Below, one piece after another: positions 13,718 to 25,967 of a DNA stretch of 64,000 nucleotides. The notes under the pieces are model-generated. The model ran no database searches. It had not been told where the DNA came from and saw nothing but the letters and a program-made list of their open reading frames with translations. Within the stretch, counting starts at the first letter, position 1. The number at the start of each line of letters is the position of its first letter. Source of the DNA: Podarcis liolepis (lineage: Eukaryota); NCBI GenBank assembly GCA_965112155.1, contig OZ218103.1; one strand, 5' to 3'. The position numbers and the translations under genes were made by a program.

Positions 13718-14594
13718 TTGTATTCAAACTGTAAGCTTCAGGAGGTCAGGAAGCTCTCTCTTTTTGTAAAGCTCTGCAAGTTACCCTACAGTGATGGTAT
13801 AGTACAAATAAATAATCACTGAAGTTGTAGGGTAGGAATTGTGACAGTGCTGAGACAAGTTTAAATGACACACCTGACAACACATTTACACTACGCATTG
13901 TGGTGTCATGGTGGTCACAAGAACTGTTGTATGTGAAACAAAAATTTCAGCTAACATCACATTTTCTTAATGCTAATAAGCTCAAAGAAGAGAATACATG
14001 TCCATTTAGGGCAGGATTCCTCTAACCAGCTCAACCAGCGGAAGCCCATTGCAAGAGCTTCTGCTTTTTCTTCTAGTTTTGCCACACAACCAGATTACAC
14101 ATCTTACACTAACTGGAAATAAATGAAAGATTACAAAAACATAAAAGAATAAACTTACACGCATTTTGATTCTAAATGATTTCTAATGACTTCAGAAAAT
14201 AATTCTCAAAATATCAGTGAAATACGTTATCACCAACAAAACCAAAATAAATTTTGGATTTAAAAATCCAGCCACAAAGTATGCTGTAATACTGTACCAC
14301 AGATCTGATCAACCCACTTCAACATGCATAAAAGAAAGTAAAAAAAAGGTAAAATCAACCAAAATTATTTGGGATTCATAATGCCTTGCAAATGCAGTTA
14401 GAACTAGAAACAGCCCAATACGTTTTGGTGATAGGGGCAGGGAATCCAAATCCCTTCCAAAATATAAAGTTATTAACTATGGTGTTACCATCTGAGGTGA
14501 CCCACCTCAGTTTAGGATAGTCCTGATCAGAACTTTAAATAAGCTTAACATTTCGGCCTTACTATTTTATCTTATCTTAGGCCATACAACCCAC

Positions 14595-15316
14595 CTGTCT
14601 TTTGTGCTATAGAATCTAAAGACAGTTTGGAAACTTCAGCTGGAGCAGAATTCAGTGGTCAGGTTGCTCATCGGGGCAAGCCAGTTTGAGCATATAATGC
14701 CAACCCTGAGCCAACTTCCCTGCCTGTTAGTTTTGGGGCCCTATTCAAAATGCTGGTTTTGATCCACAAAGCCTTAAATGGCTGAGGAGCACAATAGCTC
14801 AAGTTTTGTCTCTGTCCATATGAGCCTACCTGGACCCTGTGATCATCATCTGAGGCCCTTCTTTGTGTGCCTTCTCCATGAGAGGTCTGGAGGGTGGCAA
14901 CATGAGAACAGGCCTTTTCTGCAGTGGCTCCCTGTTTGTGGCTTACGACCACAACATGGTTCAACCTCAAGGAGCAGCTCTCCGCATATGAATTGACCCG
15001 GACCCTGTGATCATCATAGGAGGCCTTTCTTCATATGCCTTCTCCGCAAGAGGTCCAGAGAGCGGCCACACAAGAATAGGCCTTTTCTGTGGTGGCTCCC
15101 TGTTTGTGGAATGCTCTCCCCAGGGAGGCTCGCCTGGCCCCTTCGTTACATATCTTTAGGCACTAGGAAAACACAATTCCTCTTCTTCTAGGTCTTCAGC
15201 TAATTAAATAATCTATAATCTATATACTGTTTTTGTTTGTTACTAGGTTGTGCATTTTTGCATTGTAAACCGCCCTGTAATCCTTGGATAAATTTAATAA
15301 CAACAACAATAATACA

Positions 15317-15367
<51 letters not shown>
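14595..15367 (+). mobile_element. L2-clade LINE 3' fragment with internal ~130-bp duplication and (AAT)n tail
   Basis: ORF2-tail motifs (GAAACTTCAGCTGG.., AAAGCCTTAAATGGC, AGGCCTTTTCTG..GTGGCTCCC). GGACCCTGTGATCATCAT occurs twice. Ends in TGTAAACCGCCCTG and an (AAT)n run. Confidence 0.75.
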
Positions 15368-18300
15368 GAATGAAAACACAGTTTCTCTACGAGATGGAAA
15401 GCAGTAAGAACGTGCATTTCATTTAACTGGTAGACTCACGAATCAAAGGCTGTCTATTGGAACTGAACATATTGCAGAGTTTAGGGAGCTAAAGCATTAG
15501 ACAGAAGTAGATTATGTGTGCTCAGTGGATAATCCTGGTGCGAAACAGAATAGCATTACCTGGATTCTAGAGCCTATGATGACCTTCTAGTCTCTGACAT
15601 CAAATATCAAGACATCATATAAGCATTATGTAAATAGTAGTACTAAATCTTGTGATGACTAGCCTCTCAAATTATATAATTTCAGTTTTAAGACATATAT
15701 TTGCATGAAATTAAGACTTCATTTTAAAAGTGTACCTTGTTATAATTGAAACTTACTATATCTGATTTATTTTTTTAAATTACTTTTAAAACCATGTATT
15801 TTTATACACCTTGAAATTCACAGACTAAATACAATAGGGATTATTAAGAAGATAAAGAGTATTCACTCTTCATTGTAAACTGCTTATTTACCATTAAGCG
15901 GTATATAAATTTTGTTAAATAAAAACTAGGGTGTCCCAGACCAGACTCAAGTTGCAACTGACAGTTAAGGGTAGAGCGATCTAATGATACCAGGGATGTC
16001 CTGGAACTAATCCCTAAGCAGTTTGGTCAGGGAGAATGCAATGTTCCAGGCTGACAATGACCATCACTATCCTAAATCTTACCCTTTTCATGGTAGCATC
16101 TGTATCTAATCACTGGGCTCAATTGACCATTAGAGGAAAGGGCATGCTCGTGTTCTCCACAAGTCATTAAATAAACAAAGGCAGAGTAGTGAAAAATGCC
16201 AATGTCTTGACCAGAAGCTCATGTAGCCCTGGGAAAAACACTCCTTTCAGCTTCAGTGAGTTTGATAGTTGATAGTTTTTCTCCTATTCAAAAGTAAAAT
16301 ACAAAAGGTCCCATAGCAATTGTCACATATAAAAATAAAGGTCATTTATGCATACAATTATGCAACTAGGGCACAAAACTGAAAAATGCTCAAAGGAATT
16401 TATGGCCATGGCATTTCCTTCAAAAATATGTAACACTACGAAAAATACTAGTCCTAGGTATTAAAATTAAGCTGAAATGAAGAAAAATAATTACATAGTA
16501 CAGCAATTAACATGACCTTTGAACACAGGGGCATTATATTTTTGTCACAGAAGAGTAACCATTTAATATATTTTCTTTCCCTAAAATGCAGCATTTTCTC
16601 ATCTAGGGAAACTACTAACAGAAATAAGAGGAAACAATGAAATTTAAAGAAGTGGTGTCAAACTGAAGACAAACACCAGGATTTTGCTCTCAAATTCTCA
16701 TAGGAAAATTGGTAGTAGAATTCTTCACTTGAATTGACAATACTATATAGCCAGGCACAGTCTACAACTGAAAGGGATTAATTTCCAGATCACACACATA
16801 AGAGTTAGGAGACAGCAGTTTATGATTTGCAAAGCATAAAAAATTGTGACAATATCCATTGCAGTCTCCAGGTTTGCAGATAAATTAAACATCTGTATGG
16901 AAATGTTGCAGGCTATTTATGTATTAACATTCCACCCCTTCAGTGTTGCCAGAGGGTAATTACACAATTAAACCTATGAAACTAAGCAATAAATTAAAAG
17001 TATTCCAATTCATTTTGAATGTGTATCCATTTGCAAGTGTTATGGCAAAGTATGACATTTACAATAACACAAGCCTGATATTAAGAACCTATCATACTTC
17101 TAAGAACTAGACAGTTTATGATTAAGTGCTTGATCATTTACAGTGTTTTTATAAGCCACCTCGGAGCCTAAGCCAATGTAATGTTACCACCCCATGAAGG
17201 GAGCAGGAACAGATCATGGACTGAGAACGCCCAGCCCCAACTCTTAAGCACTCCATTTCACTATAGCAGCCTTAATGGAAGTCATATTGGTGCAGACATT
17301 GGTTGTGGTGAGCACGATCTAGGGTTTGCTTTTGGCCAGGAATTGAAAGCCAGCTTCAAACCCGATTTCAAATTCCGGTATAAAATGAGCCCTGGTTTGT
17401 GCTAACCACGGATAATGGCAGTCCCAACATAGCTTGGTTATGGGTTAGGAAAGGAGAGCACGCTTCCTTTATCATACTTAAGGATCACAACTTTATAGCC
17501 ATGACAACTCAGGAGCCTTGAAAGCTAGGAGACAGATTAGAACACTAGTTTGGTTGGCTGTTGAATGGAAATAGTAATAATTTTTCCTAAATTATGCTGG
17601 CCTTGGGCACCTGCACGTGAAAGGAGGGGATTGTTTATACACTGAAAGTTTGACTACCCTACAAGTAGTCTGATAACATCTCCTTTTGTTTGGGCCAGCG
17701 GTCTTCAGCATTTTCAATTTGAGAACCCTCATGCATTTGTGGGACCCATTTCTTAAGTATTTACATTGTGGCTGCAATCCACCTTAGATCAGACTGTGAC
17801 TCAATAGTGGGTCAGGGCCCATCAGTTGAAGACTACTGCAGTTGGGTGGATCTGACTTATATAAAAGTCCCATCACTGTCAAAATCCAATTACAGTATAA
17901 AGCACCAAATGGATACACAAAACACAGCAGCACTTTGTTACTATTTCATTTTGTGGAAGACCAAAGTAAAAAAAAAAGTAACTGATAATAAATATATGGG
18001 AGAAAATAAGAGTAGCTTTTGTTGAACATGATGTGCTGAAAATTGTACCACATATAATTGTCTGTTTATCCGAGCTTGTTCTCAATTCACCTAACAAATA
18101 ATTGGTGAACATCTCCCTCATTTATAAAAGCAGCTCCTTTTGCATTTAGCCAGAAAACAAAAAGGCATTCCGCTCTCAACTGTTTGTACACATGAAAATA
18201 ATGCTGGATCTAAAATGAACCAATGAAAATAAAAACCAGGCATGGAAAAAAAATGGACATTAGCAACGTAAGTTTACAAGTTGCTAAAAGTTCTGTTTCT

Positions 18301-18420
18301 CAAATTCAACTTCTGTTTCAGAAAATTTTAAATGTCAACTGAATTAGCATATGAATCTGTCAAGTCTGATGAGGAAAACGTATACAGACAGACTTGATTT
18401 TACATCTGTAACAAACATAC

Positions 18421-18543
18421 CTGTCCCAGTCAAAAGTCCAGCACTCTTCTTTCGTGCATAAGCGCGCAAATGGTTGGACAGGCTAACAGCACTTGTAAAC
18501 GCCGTATTGCAATGCGCACACGTTCTAAGCTTCACAGGCATAC
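18421..18543 (-). CDS. ZNF644: ZNF644 frame-preserving cassette exon 5 (123 nt), atypical zinc finger
   Basis: Acceptor GATAG|GT, donor ACAG|GTATGT, phase 1/1. Encodes GMPVKLRTCAHCNTAFTSAVSLSNHLRAYARKKSAGLLTGT, which resembles the neighbouring LSNHVRGH fingers. Confidence 0.88.
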
Positions 18544-19342
18544 CTATCATTCAAAAGAAAACTATAATCCAGTTCTCTCTTTAAAAGTGAAACTCTCAAA
18601 AGCGTTTTGGAAAATTCTGTATTAAAAATTGCTTTTACGCAGGTTCACTACATCATCAACGTAATTATTTCATATACTAGAAAGAGCCAAGCTCATGGCG
18701 ATTACTTCTGCATGTGACATTTAGCATGAAACATGCTATTTTGTACAAAAAAAAAGGAAGGCATGATTTGAATTCCTAAGCTTCTTTGAATTATCACTTT
18801 CCTGCTTATCTTCACATTGCACAGATTATTTCCTAAACCCAAAATACAATTCTGCAATTTGAATAGCACAGTTTTGTTAAGAAGTTTCAAGGCTTCTAAT
18901 GTTCCCAATAAAGAGAATTATAAAGTCTAGTTGACAAAGTGGTAATTAAAGTGTTTTACCCACAAGACTGTAAAAGGCTCAATACTAAATTAGGTTGCTG
19001 ATGAAGGCTGGGAGGAAAAGGTGGTAAAACACACCACTGCACAGCTGTTAGACAAAACATTTTATTTGGTGCATTTTATCTTCATTACTCTGAATGTGCA
19101 ATCAATAATGAAAGTTAATGATTTGTAGTTTTTGCTAAAATCTTTGTGCTAAATAAATGATCAACAAACATCGCAGGAAAGAACACACAGTCAAACCATA
19201 CTACACTGTTTCAGACAAAGAAACCAATAAAAATGGTTTCTTCTCAACTTTACTTTCATAGAGGCACAAAATTTTCACTGTCCTCAGAAATATATTGTCT
19301 TAGACAACACATTCAACAAATTGGGAAAAGGTTTTTCATTTA

Positions 19343-19660
19343 CAGTGGTGCCTCGCAAGACGAAAAGAATCCGTTCTGTGATTCTCTTCGTCTAGCGGTT
19401 TTTTCGTCTTGCGAAGCAAGCCCATTGACGGATTAGCGCTATTAGCGGCTTATCTGCTGATCGAATCAGCTGATAAGCGGCTTAGCGGCTTAGAAAAAGG
19501 GGGGGGAAGGAAAAAAACCCAGCAGGAACTCGCAAGACATTGTCGTCTTGCGAAGCAAGCCCATAGGAAATTTGTTTTGCGAAGCACCTCCAAAACGGAA
19601 AGCTCTTTCGTCTAGAGAGTTTTCCGTCTTGCGAGGCATTCGTCTTGCGAGGCACCACTG
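19343..19660 (+). mobile_element. Tc1/mariner-pogo (Tigger-like) MITE, family A copy 1
   Basis: Perfect 22-bp TIR CAGTGGTGCCTCGCAAGACGAA, TA duplication on both sides, internal reiterated CGCAAGAC motifs. Confidence 0.9.
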
Positions 19661-20136
19661 TATTTGAAAGCTTTTTTATCAAAACAAGAATCCTGTCAGG
19701 TAATAATAAGAAGAAGAACATTTATATGCCACCCATCTGGCTGGGTTGCCCCTGCCACTCTGGGCTGCTTCCAACACATGAAAAAACCAAAGTTTAGATT
19801 TACTGCAATATACACTAAAACTGGGTTTCATAATATACTTGAGAAAATATTAAAAAAAAACAGGCTTAAAATTATGAAAGTTTAAATAACTGAAGTAGGA
19901 GAGTGAGTTAATTGTCAAATGCTATGTTAACCACAATTAGCTTAAGGGCTCTATTCACGTAACTATTAGTATTATGCAAGCAGCTTTTTTTAGTGAAACC
20001 TAGAAGGCAGGCTACCTAACATTAAGTAGCACATTACTTCCAAATTTAACAAGCTGTAGTTGAACATCATCTTCCAAGTTTATGTGAAGCTTGTCCAAGA
20101 AATAAACTTTATTGGGGGAGCTCCGATCTTAAAGTT

Positions 20137-20137
<1 letters not shown>

Positions 20138-20182
<45 letters not shown>
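20138..20182. repeat. (CT)n(AT)n microsatellite
   Basis: Read directly from the sequence. Confidence 0.95.
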
Positions 20183-21340
20183 GTTAACTGATATTTTCAG
20201 TCCCCATGATCTATGACCATGGTCACCTAAGGCAAAATTTGGTGTGAAGACAGAGTGCCTAACCAGACAAAAGTAGAAGACAGAATTAGTGGCCTCATGT
20301 GCTGTACCTGTTGTAGTTAAGGAACTTCAGACTGCAGATAGATTCAAATATATGAATGCTTCCCCATGAAAAAACCCTCACTTATCCAGGGTTTTTATAT
20401 GGCAATATTAACATTCTGTCCTTTACCTACAGTCCATAGCGGTACTACACAGCAACAGGTCGATCACATGGGTCTGCAAATCAAGTAATGCTCAGTGAAC
20501 AAGACTTTTATCAACCACACTGTAATAATTTTAAGTACCAGCAAAACGATAAAAGGGTATAAGACAAGATCAAGCACTTTCATCGCAGAGCAGTTTACAT
20601 AAATCGTTCACTCAAACTAGACTGAGAAAAGATAGCTGCAAGAAGGTCTGTGCAGAGGTGTTGGAGGAGATGAGCAGAGCTTTCCGGAGCCATGACAGCC
20701 AAGACTGAAAGACACCTTTCAGAAGAGCATTCTAAAACGATGCTAGAATAGGGGGGGGAGTAGTCTAAAGGAATAAAATTGTTGGCACGATTTCTAAGAG
20801 ATGTATCTAAAACTTTTAAGGATTTTGTGTTGACGGCAACAGCTGTGTTCAGGGGGTATGGCCATCACAGTTACTCTGACAGGGTATAAAATCTAGGCAT
20901 AGATCAGACAACACATCACCCGGTTAACCAGTAAGTCGTGCATTCACTTACACCAGATAAAAGAACAATCCTAACACTATGAACCGATTATATATCTGCA
21001 ACACTTACAGTCTAAGAAAGATCAAGGGGTTCTCCCAGATGTGTCTGCTATTTAAGTGATACCATATTTTGCTAAGTAGACGTTCTCGTTTCCTCTTTAT
21101 ATGAATCTTCAAGAGCCATTACAGAGCAAAAGCTACTCTCTTTTCAGAACTCAATTTGTATGCAGAAAACTAAGGCAATTTTAACGTTAAAACTAATTTC
21201 ATTAATATTTCTCTGTCTAGAACCTTGCAAAGGGGAAAAACAGTCTCAAAGAAAATAATTACTTTTAGAATATTGGGGTGGCGGGGGGATTTATCTTGTA
21301 ATGTATTTCCAAGTTATTAAAATTGTAACAAGCCTCTTAC

Positions 21341-21943
21341 CTGACTGCATAGTCAAGTCCATTTTTTGTGGCTGATACATCAAAGGACTGTCTTCATCTA
21401 ATGGAAGAACACATTTTTGAACAAACCTCTTTCTTGCAGTCTGATTATGGATCTTTTGAGGAGAGGTATCAGGGTTTCTTTCTTCTCCTAACCTCTTATT
21501 TTTCAAAAGTTCTATCAGTGTGACTGACTGGTGTTTTTTTTCATCATGTAGTACTGATTTTGCTTCATCACATTCATTGAGGAAACTCAGCCCTTCTTCC
21601 TCTGATGCAGATACAGATATATCTTCAGTCTTTAGGCCATTGCGGTATGCTTCAAGAGGTATAACATTTTGAGATAAAAACTCATTTGATGAAAGTTTCT
21701 GAGCGACAAACGGTCTGGGAATAATACGCCGACTGTTCAATGCCTTCAGGATTTTTTCATATTTTTCTTCATTTTGCATCATCTCATTCAGAACACAGAT
21801 TGGAGATTTGTGTGCATCCCATTTGGTTTTACCAAGCCTTTTCAGGTGTCCTCGAACATGATTAGATAATCCTATTTTAGTGTCAAACCAACCTCCACAG
21901 AGTTGGCATGTGTGTTCTGAAGAACTTTCTGATTTCTCAATAG
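21341..21943 (-). CDS. ZNF644: ZNF644 coding exon 4 (603 nt)
   Basis: Acceptor TTTTTAG|CT, donor TCAG|GTAAGA. Continues the phase-1 frame (A)[32 protein letters not shown]...QKMDLTMQS, containing one C2H2 finger. A 198-nt intron separates it from exon 3. Confidence 0.96.
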
Positions 21944-22141
21944 CTAAAAAGAAAAATCATCCATTTATCAATTTGTCAGACACTAAGGACCCAGCTTGCT
22001 TAAAACGTAGACATTAAAAGTTTCTACCATGGATGGAAATAAAAGCTATTATGAGAGGCAGGATGTAGCATAGCCAGACCTGCAACCACATTATTATACA
22101 CCCCGCTCCCCCTAAATAGGATAAGGAAAGAAAAATCTTAC

Positions 22142-25115
22142 CTTTTCTAACGCGTTTAACAGGAGTTCCTGTTACAGTTCTTTTGAAATGCTGCATTTTG
22201 TCGCTTGTTGCTATCTGCTCAGGCGAGACAACATGACGGGCTTCATAACTTAACCCAGCTCTGTGAAGATGCCCACGGACATGATTAGACAATCCAACAC
22301 CTGTTTCAAAAGTTGCTGGACAATATGGACAGTTTTTTTTCTCAAGCGATAAGTCAGTCCAATGGAAAACTGAGTTATGCTTTGGCAATGTTGTGCCTAT
22401 GTTTTCTAAATTATGAGGATCTTGAAAATCATGCAGGTAATTGCTACCTTCGCCATCTTCATAATACTCAAAATAAAATCCGTCATTTTGCTCATATCTA
22501 AGAGAGGATTTACCACCAGTTTCTTCTTCCATTTTACCTTTAAATAAAGGGAACAGGTTTACATGCTCCTGATTAATATCACTGTAAGAGTCATCCTCCA
22601 CAGACCGTGTAGTGTAATCACACAGTTCAACATTATCCCATGAACTTTCATCCTCCGTTTCATAGCTGTCTTTTTTCCCAGCAAGTTTCTGCAAAACAAC
22701 AACAGTCATTTTATGTAGAAAGTCTGGATAACTGTCCAAATCATCTCCTTTTACAGAGCCTTCCCTTTTGGATCTTTTAACCAACCTTTTTACAGTTACA
22801 TGTTTATCTTTATAGACTCCTGGTCTTTTTGCATCATAGTTAAGAGAATCCATAATAAATCTATGAGAATTATTTGAAGATAATAAAGGTAAGGACCTGA
22901 CAGATCTTGCAGCTTCCCTTTTTAAGTGTAAAAGATAAGGGCTGCTAGATTTTTTAATCCTATTGTTTTCATGTTTGTATCTATATAAATAATTATTGCT
23001 AGCTCTGACGCTAGTCTTTTGCTTTCCTGAATGATGCAAATATTTAGGTTTTTGGCCAGTGCTATTTCTATTCAAAATAGGCTTGTCTGTAGAGCTATGA
23101 CCGTACACACTTACAGCTGACTGTGCAACGCTTTTCCGAGCCTTCTGTATCCTGGGGGGTCTCTTGTGAAGTTTTGCAAAGTTACTGGACTGGAATGCAG
23201 AGCCAAATGGTCTTTTTATATCTTGTTTTAAAACAGAGTTCTTTGGAAAGGCAGATGATTGTTTGATGAAATGTTTAGTCCTGCTGCCAAAATCTAAAGG
23301 GTCTTCTATAATATGACCTTTTCTTTTTTCTAGTCTAAGTCGGCTACCAAAAGGGTCTATGCACGATGTTGGATGCAGGTATTCCATGTGTTTTTTCAAA
23401 ATGCTTCTGGCTGATGTAGTGAATGGACACATTTTGCACATATAGTCAGCTGATTTTTTGGACGATTCCATGAAGGAATCTTTCGCTAATGCCTTTTTCT
23501 GTGATTTTCTCTGAGCTATATCTGCAGTGATCATTGAACATTTCACCACTGCCCCATGAGCAATCCCTCGATGACATTCAAGTTCACTCTCTGTCACTGC
23601 CATAAAGTTACATTCTTCACAGCAGTAGTACCTTTTGTCCTTCTCATGGGTTTTAGCATGCTGCACAAAGGTTTTGGGACAATTGGTACCAAATACACAT
23701 TGTGGACACTGTAACCGTGCACTCCTACCCTCGTCCTGCAGCTCTTTCAATTCACGAATTTCCTCCATCAGTTTCTGCCTTCTTTCCTGGTGAATTATCA
23801 TATGTTTAAGAAGGGAATTGCGGTCTCGAAAGGTCCGACCACATTCCCTACATGCATAAGGCCTTGGAACATTTAAATGGCGAAAGTGGCTATTGCCATC
23901 CAAGTGATACATCATGTGCCTGTGCAGGTGCTTCTTTTCCCTAAAATTCACATTGCACTTTGTACAGGGATAAAATGAAGGCTCATCAGTACTGAAATTA
24001 GTTGGTGGTTCCAATTCATCTTGTTCACATTTGTTTAACAGAGTATTAGAAAGAAAAGTGCTAGTGTGAATAGGAGAAGTACCACCTGCACATTTATTAC
24101 TTGGGTTATAAATCAATTGTTGAATGGCATCTACAACTTCCAATTCCTCATCTGTTGATTCAGGCTTCACTTTTGCTAAAGAAAATTTATGAGATTCTAT
24201 CACTTGTAGAGTCTCACTCTGCTCCAAAAACTCAGTATCTAACGATTCTGAATTGTCATGAGTATAATTTGATTCATTAAAACAGTCCTCAGTGTAACGT
24301 GTGATTTTGCTAACATCCATCTTTCTTTTCCTCCTTTTTGGTACACCCACTTTAGGCTGGACTGGTGACTTCTCTACAGGTTCTTCATTTGTCATGAGAA
24401 ATTCTATAAACTCTTTCTGTGGGTCCCAGTTTGCATCACTTTCAGTTCTGAAGTCACCTGTACCTGAGGATGTGGCTGTTAGTGATTTGCTACCACCATC
24501 TTTTTCTAGCGAACTTTTGCTATCCTCACACATGTCTACTTGGCTTACTAAAGTGCTATCTGGTTTTATGCTTTTTCGTATAGATGGCTGTGTGTCACAA
24601 GCAACTGAAGCAGAGGGAGGTAGATTTTTTATGGAATGTGTCAGGTTCTTAGCATGAGCTGCTTCAGGTAACAAAAACAAATGTTGGTGTGGACTTGAAT
24701 TTTGGGTTGAAGTCTTTGTGGGAAGTTGGTGTTCATGTGCCACCGTCCCAGCGGAGCAAGAATCTGCTTGATGGCCCACAGTTTGTGCAGTGGTTAATGA
24801 AATGCTGCCTTTCTTCATAATGGAAGTGGAGTGTGAAACTGGTCCATTAACAGCAGTTCCTGTAGGCAGAAGAAAGTTTTCACTTGAAACAGTAGGAGCA
24901 CTAGAGTGTATAAATAGAGACGTTTGGCCTCCGCTTAAGGCTTTTTCAGACTTGTCCCTTGATAGCTCTTCAGGCAGAGTTAACGTATTTTTCTGAAATG
25001 ATGTTTCACTCTCTTGTGATTTGAGAATGCTGCTCTGCTTCTCAGAAATGAAGCTGCTGTCATCTAGCAGTCCTTTAGCACCAATGATCTGAGTATCGAT
25101 CTCCGTTTCATCCAT
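22142..25115 (-). CDS. ZNF644: ZNF644 large coding exon (exon 3; exon begins at 25151, ATG at 25115)
   Basis: The 1033-aa ORF matches ZNF644 as I recall it ([36 protein letters not shown]) and has six C2H2 fingers (CTKC, CREC, CPQC, CEEC, CKMC, CPYC..HVRGH). Acceptor TTATTCTAG|C at 25152/25151, donor AAAG|GTAAGA at 22142/22141. The ATG is in strong context (AGTATGG) with an in-frame TAA at 25139-25137 upstream. 2974 nt, phase 1. Confidence 0.97.
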
Positions 25116-25967
25116 ACTGCTGGTCTGCTCTGCCCATTAAGCACATTTATGCTAGAATAAAAGAAAAGAAATCCTTATTAGAAATTTTCTCTATGTATCT
25201 GAGACAGGCAGTTTTTATAATATATTCAAGCATTTTTATGTTTAAATCTGGATCAGTTAAAAAGCATTTTCATTACTAAGCTGACCATTCACTGTAAGAC
25301 CACTAATATATAACACACACTATTAATTAAAGAAGCTAATTTCAGGGGAAATTATGCCAAATTTAAAAACCCACGTCTCAAGAGTCATGGAAAAGTTATA
25401 AATGTTACTTCTAATGAATACTGAAAAAGTAACAATTTTTACAAGTCTCCTAAAGGAAAGCAGAAAAACATATTAGGTTAGATCCAGACATACAGCGGAC
25501 CTGCCAAACTACATTGTGACTTATGCCATAACAATCTTTTAGCATGCCACAAAACTCTTGGTTATTACAAACTTGTATCATGGCCCCGTTGATTTCAATG
25601 GGTCTACTCTAAGTAAGCCTAATTTTTTATTCCCGCCACTAAATCAGAGACAGATCAAAGAAAACAGAATTTCAACTTTTTTGTTTTTAGCCTGATAAAA
25701 ACCAATTACTCTATCATGTTTTAAGTGTAAATATAGTTGAAATCTTTATGTGTATGGTTTAGTGTTTCAGTACATATCCAGCACCTACAGGCACGGACTG
25801 GATTTGCTGAGGACCTACATGTGAAGTCCAGTGTTTGGGGGTGAGGCTGAATATTCTGATTCTGTCCCTAATTTGATTTTTAAGTTAGGCTTTTTCATGA
25901 TTCCAAACCTGCCCCCAACTGAAAACGAGAGACAAGCTGCCTGAACTTTTAATTTTGGCTGTTCCTT

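Noticed and set aside
19343-19660. Reiterated CGTCTTGCGA motifs resembling a CRISPR-like array
   Set aside because: Irregular spacing, both orientations, bounded by TIRs and TA. These are internal repeats of a eukaryotic MITE.
22014-22141. C-terminal extension of the 1033-aa ORF ([11 protein letters not shown]...)
   Set aside because: Read-through past the consensus donor at 22142 into intron 3. The spliced frame continues correctly in exon 4. The same applies to the tails of ORFs 21291-21782 and 18344-18550.
24301-24996. Antisense ORFs within exon 3
   Set aside because: Shadow ORFs of the coding strand with no independent evidence.
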